In this document: positions 33,101-37,548 of the stretch, piece by piece
Position numbering within the stretch: position 1 is the first letter of the stretch
Layout: each line of letters starts with the position of its first letter
Virus record (IMG/VR): IMGVR_UViG_3300032167_000073
Length of the DNA: 37,548 nt
Reading direction: 5' to 3' (one strand)
Source: a virus
Lineage: Duplodnaviria > Heunggongvirae > Uroviricota > Caudoviricetes
Translations under genes and position numbers: made by a program
The notes under the pieces: model-generated
What the model was told of the DNA's origin: nothing
Database searches by the model: none
The model's input: the letters and a program-made list of their open reading frames with translations, nothing else

Positions 33101-35941
33101 GTTGCTCGTATTGTTGCAGAATTCCCAGCATTCGCAGTTTGGATATACGTCGCGGTCAAAGCCGAATACGTTTTCGTTGCTCTTGTCGTCATTGAAATTG
33201 TACTTGGCGATGAACGTCACTTCGCCAGTGTTCGTATTCTGCCAGAATACGCAGCACGGGAAACCACGAACACCCTGACGCACACGATCATCAAGCTCCT
33301 GCGGCGGCGTCTTGTATGGGCAGTTCTGCTCGTAGTAGTCAACCAGCATAACGTTGTTCGCGCTCTCGCTGGAAGCGAAGTCTGCCTTCAGACAGATCGT
33401 CTCTCCCGGAAGACCGCCCTCAAAAATCGGGAACCCGTCTGTACTTTCTCCGGAGTTGGTATAAATCAGTCCGCTCTTGAGCGATACCTTATAGTTCTTC
33501 ACCGGATACCCAGCAGAAGACGTGCCCTGAACGTCAAGCTGAACGCCGCTCGCAGTAAAGCTTCTTTCTGGATTCATCTGATCCACGAACGTCACAGATT
33601 TATTCTTTTTCTTGTCACCCTTAAACTGCGGAAGCTCCTCACACTCGATAATCATATAGGGGATGTTCATCGGAAGAGCACCAACCGTCACGTTCTTGTT
33701 TTCATCAAGGACGTCGTTGCGCTCATGCAGCGCCTTGCGCTCCGCCAGCGTAGAACGGTCGCAGATATAGTTATTGAGCTGTTCGTGACGGGTCAGACCC
33801 TTGTTGTAAATGCGCAGCACATACAGGTCAAGACCGCAGCTCTCCGCACCAATAGTGATACCGACCGGGTTGCTCTGTGCAAAGTTGTCCGTGTCGGTGT
33901 ACTGCGTCACGCCGCACATCACGCCGTTGATGTACACATACACAAAGCGGGAAAGGCTCTTCTGCTCAACGACAAACGTAATGCGTACCTTACTGTCTTC
34001 CTTAAACTGAACGGATACGCTGGACTGCTCGGAGGAGAGCATCGCCTGTTGGCTCTTGATCATAAAGCCACGTCCACCGTTATAGGAAGTTGCCACGATA
34101 GAATCGTAGTCGCGCACGTTATGCGTCGCAAATTCTGCTTCAATGGTGTAACCGCTGGTGCGGAAGTCCTTTTCAAACGGCTTGTACGGAATAGTCATGA
34201 AGTCGTCTGGCAGGAAACGAAGCACGGTATGTCCGTCCTTGTCTTCTACCCATCCGTCAGCGCCAGCCCAGCCAAATCCGCTGAATTCCGCTTCAATGTC
34301 GCCCTGAACCCAGCTATCCGGATTGGCTTCGGAATTGCTGCGCCCAGCAGCAGTGAATTCAAGTGTCATGCTGTCCGTCAGAATCGTGCGGTCAAAGCTT
34401 GATTCGGACACCTGAACAACGATGCTTTCCTTGGCATTGCCGCAGGAAATCTCAAATGTCGTTGCGCCGACAGGATAATCCTGTGTCACCCAAGTCTTTG
34501 GCGTTTGATCAATTTGAATTGTCTTTTCGCTGTATACAATACTGCCCTCGCGCAGAATCTTGAGCGTTACGTCCATGTTCTGTGAGAACGGATCATAGCA
34601 CATGTAAGGGATAGTCAGCGTTTCTCCCTGTTGGATGCTTCCGCCGTCATGGTTAATCAGAACGGCCTGATCTGTCATCGTAGAAGAGTAGTACATCATG
34701 CCAATTCTCAAACGATTGGATTGAATGGTCAGCCCATCCGTCGTTACCTCAGCGTACATTTCAAAGATGTGTCCGCCGTCATATTGTGCGGGAATCGTAT
34801 ATGTACGACTTGAGTCAACAGCAGAAACGCTTTCTGTGCCAAGCTCATAACCGTCCATAATAAAATGAACTGTCTTCACACCTTGACCAGTCAGAACATA
34901 GGGGAGATAGACCGTTCCGGTATACAGATCCATATCGGCAGCGGTCGTGGTGATCGCCAGCGCAATAACGGTAACTTCGTATACCAGCGTCTTGCTCGTT
35001 CCCTCAGAGTTTTCAACGGTCAGCCTTACGTTATTAAGGCCATTGGAAAGATGGTTGGTGATGTCAATGGAGCTGCGTCCCTGTGCCACAGAAATAGATG
35101 CTTTCTTGACAGAGTTGACGGTAATCGTACCAATACCGGCTCCATCGTCGATACCTTCGCTGTCGGTAGAAATATACTGAACATCCAGCACAACGTTTTC
35201 ACCTTGAGCAACGGAAATGATACGACTGTCCAGCATGTTTGTCAGCGTAACTGCATACATGCCGTCAGATCCCGTTCCGCCACCGCCGCCAGTGATCGTC
35301 ACCGGATCGCCAACAGTCTCGCCTCCGCTTGTCAGCCATAGCTGGCTGTTTTCATATTTAAGACCGTCAACCATCTCGCCGACAAGGAAATCGCCAAGAT
35401 TGTCTTTCAGGTCTGAAACTTCTTCGCCGATTGCGCGTACAGCGTCACCGGCAGTTGGATATGTCGTCCCGTCATGACCTGTGCGGATGTCAATCAGCTC
35501 AACATTGTCAGCAGGCGTACTTCCTTCAATCAGGGACTGTAAACGAGCTTCAAGCAGCGCAATATCGTCTTCAAGCTCAATTGTTTTCGTGTCAATCAGG
35601 TCTGCATTGGCGTTCAGGATTGCAACGTCAATCACGTCAGTATAGGCGGGCTTGGTCAGCATAAGCCTTTCCGTCGTTCCTGCGGCATCTCCCTCAGTCT
35701 TTCCGGAAATCCCGCCCCAAGTCTGAGCGGCGCTTTGTGCAGCGCTTCCGGCAGTCACATAAGCAAGGTCTTTCCAAGGAGTTTCGCCGTCGCCCACCTT
35801 TACTTTGGTCATATCAGAAGCAAACTCAACGCCAATTTCGCCCCTCATCAGAACGACGGTTTCTTCAACCGCAGCCCAATTCGCACTTGTGTCATTGCGC
35901 ACAATAATGCGAGTGGCTAATTCATTGATATTCATCGGCAT
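30101..35941 (-). CDS. Giant multidomain tail-region protein: Mtd_N-like, LamG-like, CotH-kinase-like, LRR, InlB-B-like repeats, DUF6273/CLec-like (start may be 35935)
   Basis: RNDTSANW..GEIGVE..KVGDG; QGTSS..YPVKNY, LKADF, DNRAKN, PIPYDWD; LxxLxL repeats; YxxxGW repeats; YWTRS...GIAFGFCI end. SD AAGGAG spacing favours ATG 35935. Confidence 0.85.
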   Translation of the reverse strand: MPMNINELATRIIVRNDTSANWAAVEETVVLMRGEIGVEFASDMTKVKVGDGETPWKDLAYVTAGSAAQSAAQTWGGISGKTEGDAAGTTERLMLTKPAYTDVIDVAILNANADLIDTKTIELEDDIALLEARLQSLIEGSTPADNVELIDIRTGHDGTTYPTAGDAVRAIGEEVSDLKDNLGDFLVGEMVDGLKYENSQLWLTSGGETVGDPVTITGGGGGTGSDGMYAVTLTNMLDSRIISVAQGENVVLDVQYISTDSEGIDDGAGIGTITVNSVKKASISVAQGRSSIDITNHLSNGLNNVRLTVENSEGTSKTLVYEVTVIALAITTTAADMDLYTGTVYLPYVLTGQGVKTVHFIMDGYELGTESVSAVDSSRTYTIPAQYDGGHIFEMYAEVTTDGLTIQSNRLRIGMMYYSSTMTDQAVLINHDGGSIQQGETLTIPYMCYDPFSQNMDVTLKILREGSIVYSEKTIQIDQTPKTWVTQDYPVGATTFEISCGNAKESIVVQVSESSFDRTILTDSMTLEFTAAGRSNSEANPDSWVQGDIEAEFSGFGWAGADGWVEDKDGHTVLRFLPDDFMTIPYKPFEKDFRTSGYTIEAEFATHNVRDYDSIVATSYNGGRGFMIKSQQAMLSSEQSSVSVQFKEDSKVRITFVVEQKSLSRFVYVYINGVMCGVTQYTDTDNFAQSNPVGITIGAESCGLDLYVLRIYNKGLTRHEQLNNYICDRSTLAERKALHERNDVLDENKNVTVGALPMNIPYMIIECEELPQFKGDKKKNKSVTFVDQMNPERSFTASGVQLDVQGTSSAGYPVKNYKVSLKSGLIYTNSGESTDGFPIFEGGLPGETICLKADFASSESANNVMLVDYYEQNCPYKTPPQELDDRVRQGVRGFPCCVFWQNTNTGEVTFIAKYNFNDDKSNENVFGFDRDVYPNCECWEFCNNTSNRVIFKESEFEQMAIDEKGEEYPAWTDDFEARFPDLDDPYRDYAQFKRLTDWLVECNRELVDSEEEKAARLAKFKDEFDQYLIKDACVFYYLFTEIFLMVDNRAKNMFLTTFDGQHWFPIPYDWDTAIGINNEGQLVFDYNLEDTDTVNGEDVFNGQHSALWCNVRDAFKNEITEMYQTLRNAGTLSYETIRDKMRNHQQTWPQAIWNEDAYKKWLEPFLVKGENYLEMLQGDKDAQRDFWLFNGFKFRDSKHQAGEANTNYITLRCYDTGNIDVTPYSHIWPRIKFGSATVTNRGYRNETYTMECPLDQMNDTEVYIYSADRIASVGDLSHLMVGLAVFSSATKLQEIILGSDAEGYENPNLYSLDVGNNELLTLINIQNCTSEKLTTIDASGCHGLETILAKGTKLTGISLPNGGHLKRIELPATLANLTIQNQKNLETVVLEGVDNLTTLRIENTPGIDIESIVCNAPLLDRVRLSGVEWNATSEETLRTTYEKLKECIGMDAIGNNTDLAVVEGRVYVDSISDALLEEINDVFPALVVVAGGTAKFFVRYVNYDNKLLYRYICNEGDAAINPITAGHITQPVRPDTETATYVYAGWSEMPSSVTKPYHIVAKYTGTYRVDFCDNDGEIAESQWIVEGNAATDPILAGTMAKPTKKETAQYTYEYTKWDRDFSVVTTPLVLKPVFEEILRSYKCYFYNDNKLEQECMTFYGECPVFVGDTTQIYKMIGETASPYHEFSGWSPSPDVPITGITYYYAQFAFDGYINDDWATIAAAAQNGDVSAYGLGGRKVMTYTVGGVENKVEMEIVGHNHDKLATVSDSYNGGKDTAALTFICKIMGNTARIMNQTQHVSEATGSKALNVGGWGSADLRTWMQETLFAAMPAELQQVIKPVIKVSDLGFYDKALNETTDTLWLPSDRELNAEVANSVMVGQGEPYPVYTNAESRKKQNAGGGLKSYWTRSTGLEMMHYYRYIGSMGDPSNIGASAQNLGIAFGFCI

Positions 35942-35957
35942 TGCTCCTTTTACAATG

Positions 35958-35993
35958 AAAAAATAGGCCGACCGGTATTGCTACCGATCGGCC
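35958..35993 (-). terminator. Intrinsic terminator-like hairpin between two tail genes
   Basis: GGCCGA-c-CGGTA-ttgc-TACCG-a-TCGGCC with a T6 run on the minus strand. Confidence 0.65.
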
Positions 35994-36026
35994 ATAAATG
36001 GATTCAGTTTTGTTTACTCAACCACA

Positions 36027-37547
36027 TTAGATGGCAGAAGTGCCGCAGTCAAAGACCAGCGTCAGAGCGCCCTGCTGGATATGGTCGGTGGTCACAGCGC
36101 CGCGAGAAACAGTTACAAGGCCGTTCTCCTCGGAAACAGCGGTCACAAACTGACCCTCAACAGCAGCGTCAGCCTTGTCAAGCGCCTCGATAGCGGAAGT
36201 CACGGTGCCAACGGTAGCGGCCTTGTTGCTCTCAGCGTTGTACTCGCCGTCGAACACAACATTGTCCTGCTTCGCAGCATCCATATCCTCAATCGCCTCG
36301 TCGATAGCGTCTAGTTCAGCCTGCAGGCCGGAAATGTCCGCGATCACCGGCTGAGCGTACTCAGCGGCGACAACGCCGTTCTCCTGAGTCACCTTGGTAG
36401 CAAACTTGTGCTCCGCAGCGTCACCGCCGGTGTACTTGAGCGCTTCGTTGTTACCGGCAATCTCAGTAGCGACGGCTTCCTTGGTCATGACCGGGTTCTC
36501 ATCAGACGGAGTGCCGGAAATCGGCAGGTTGTCCTGCTTCGCAGCGGCAACGTCGTCAATCGCCTCCTGCAGCGCAGCATGCTCGGACTCGGCGTCAGCC
36601 TTGAGCTGATAGAGCTTGGTGTTGCCCAGCTCCAGCCAAGCGTTGCCGTCGTAGACGTACTCATAGTCGCCCCACAGCACAACGTCGCCAGCGGAGTATG
36701 CGCCATTCTGCTCGGCAGTCCAAGTCAGCGGATCGCTCTCAGCAGCGCCAACAAAGTGCATCGCGCCCTCAAGGTCGGCAACAGCAGCGGCAACGGAAGC
36801 CTTGGTCGCAACCGGGTTCGTCTCCGGGTTATACTCACCATCGAAGACAAGGTTCTCCTGCTTGCCAGCCAGCGCGTTCTCAAGGCCGTTGACCTGATTC
36901 TGCTCGATCACCGGAATGTCGGCAGCAACAAGAGCACGGCGGGAAACCTCGACAATGCCGTTGGTCTCCTTAACGCCGGTCACGAACTGCTTCTCAGCAA
37001 CCTCATCGGCGTTGTTCAGCGTATTGATCGCATTGGTCACGGTAGCCTGAGTCGCAACCTTGTTCTCCTCAGACGGCTCGCCGTCAATCGGCAGATCGTC
37101 CTGCTTGGCGTCAAGGGCATCCTGCAGGCCAGCAACGTCAGCGATACCCAGATCACGGGTGGTCACGGTGACAATACCATTCTCCTGCTTGATAGTATTG
37201 AACACCTTGCCAACACCTGCAGTCTGCTCAGCCAGCACGATAGCGCCAATGGCGTCGGAAATCTGCTTGGCAACAGAGCCGCCCTCGCCAAGAGCCGCTT
37301 CGACGGTCTTCAGACGGGTATCAAGGGTGGTCAGGTCGATGGTTGCAACCAGCGTATCATAGGTCAGATCGTCCTTCGCCGGATCGGTCGCCATGAGCTT
37401 GATCACGTAAGGAGCGGACTCCTCAGCCATGATGGTGTAACGGGTATCAGTGTCCTGAATAGCGGTATTGATGTAGTCCTCAAGACCCTCAATCTCGCCA
37501 GCGAGGTACACGGGCTTATCCTTCGCCTTAGCCCAGCCGTAAACGTC
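36027..37547 (-). CDS. Acidic repeat-containing tail-fibre-like protein, 5'-truncated by the window edge
   Basis: Frame is open to the window end (DVYGWAKAKDKPVYLAG...). Four KQ(D/E)..L/V..(D/S)G....N..AT repeats, three followed by F.T.V.E.NG.V segments. Confidence 0.8.
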   Translation of the reverse strand, partial: DVYGWAKAKDKPVYLAGEIEGLEDYINTAIQDTDTRYTIMAEESAPYVIKLMATDPAKDDLTYDTLVATIDLTTLDTRLKTVEAALGEGGSVAKQISDAIGAIVLAEQTAGVGKVFNTIKQENGIVTVTTRDLGIADVAGLQDALDAKQDDLPIDGEPSEENKVATQATVTNAINTLNNADEVAEKQFVTGVKETNGIVEVSRRALVAADIPVIEQNQVNGLENALAGKQENLVFDGEYNPETNPVATKASVAAAVADLEGAMHFVGAAESDPLTWTAEQNGAYSAGDVVLWGDYEYVYDGNAWLELGNTKLYQLKADAESEHAALQEAIDDVAAAKQDNLPISGTPSDENPVMTKEAVATEIAGNNEALKYTGGDAAEHKFATKVTQENGVVAAEYAQPVIADISGLQAELDAIDEAIEDMDAAKQDNVVFDGEYNAESNKAATVGTVTSAIEALDKADAAVEGQFVTAVSEENGLVTVSRGAVTTDHIQQGALTLVFDCGTSAI

Positions 37548-37548
37548 A

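Larger units (their letters stand above)
1..37548. mobile_element. Segment of a large temperate phage genome: replication/dNTP arm, xis-int-attP, convergent tail arm with DGR
   Basis: Two convergent gene blocks meet at int/attP. Phage-type replisome and nucleotide genes, tail-fibre-type proteins and a DGR are present, and no host housekeeping context is seen. Confidence 0.93.

Noticed and set aside
31361-34402. 1013-aa + strand ORF
   Set aside because: Antisense shadow of the giant minus-strand gene, which has clear motifs. The shadow has no recognisable motif, and such shadows are expected from biased codon usage.

Overview
The window is a 37.5 kb internal segment of a large temperate tailed phage. 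The likely host is an anaerobic Firmicute (Clostridia-like gut bacterium), inferred from the gene families, strong SD sites and anaerobic-only RNR. The left arm (+ strand, 1-19107) holds a self-sufficient replisome (DnaB-like helicase, DnaG primase, Cas4/AddB-like nuclease, DnaE), a dNTP-supply cluster (thyX, gmk, NDT-family, nrdD, nrdG, dut), an orphan adenine MTase, a NADAR protein, a DUF6462-type excisionase and a Tn916-type tyrosine integrase. An apparently intact attP follows, with arm-type repeats on both sides of a core. The right arm (- strand, 19513-37548) is a tail/adhesion module. Its standout feature is a complete diversity-generating retroelement (DGR) in BPP-1 order: target gene with 3' VR, hairpin, avd, TR, structured spacer, RT. 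By hand, TR (26926-27039) and VR (27608-27721) align over 114 bp without gaps, and 24 of 25 mismatches fall on TR adenines. Also notable: a ~1945-aa tail-region protein with a CotH-kinase-like domain, LRRs and a non-diversified paralog of the DGR target domain; an AT-rich retropepsin moron; and an 18-bp motif repeated in front of three dNTP-metabolism genes. Domain names come from motif recognition, not database searches.
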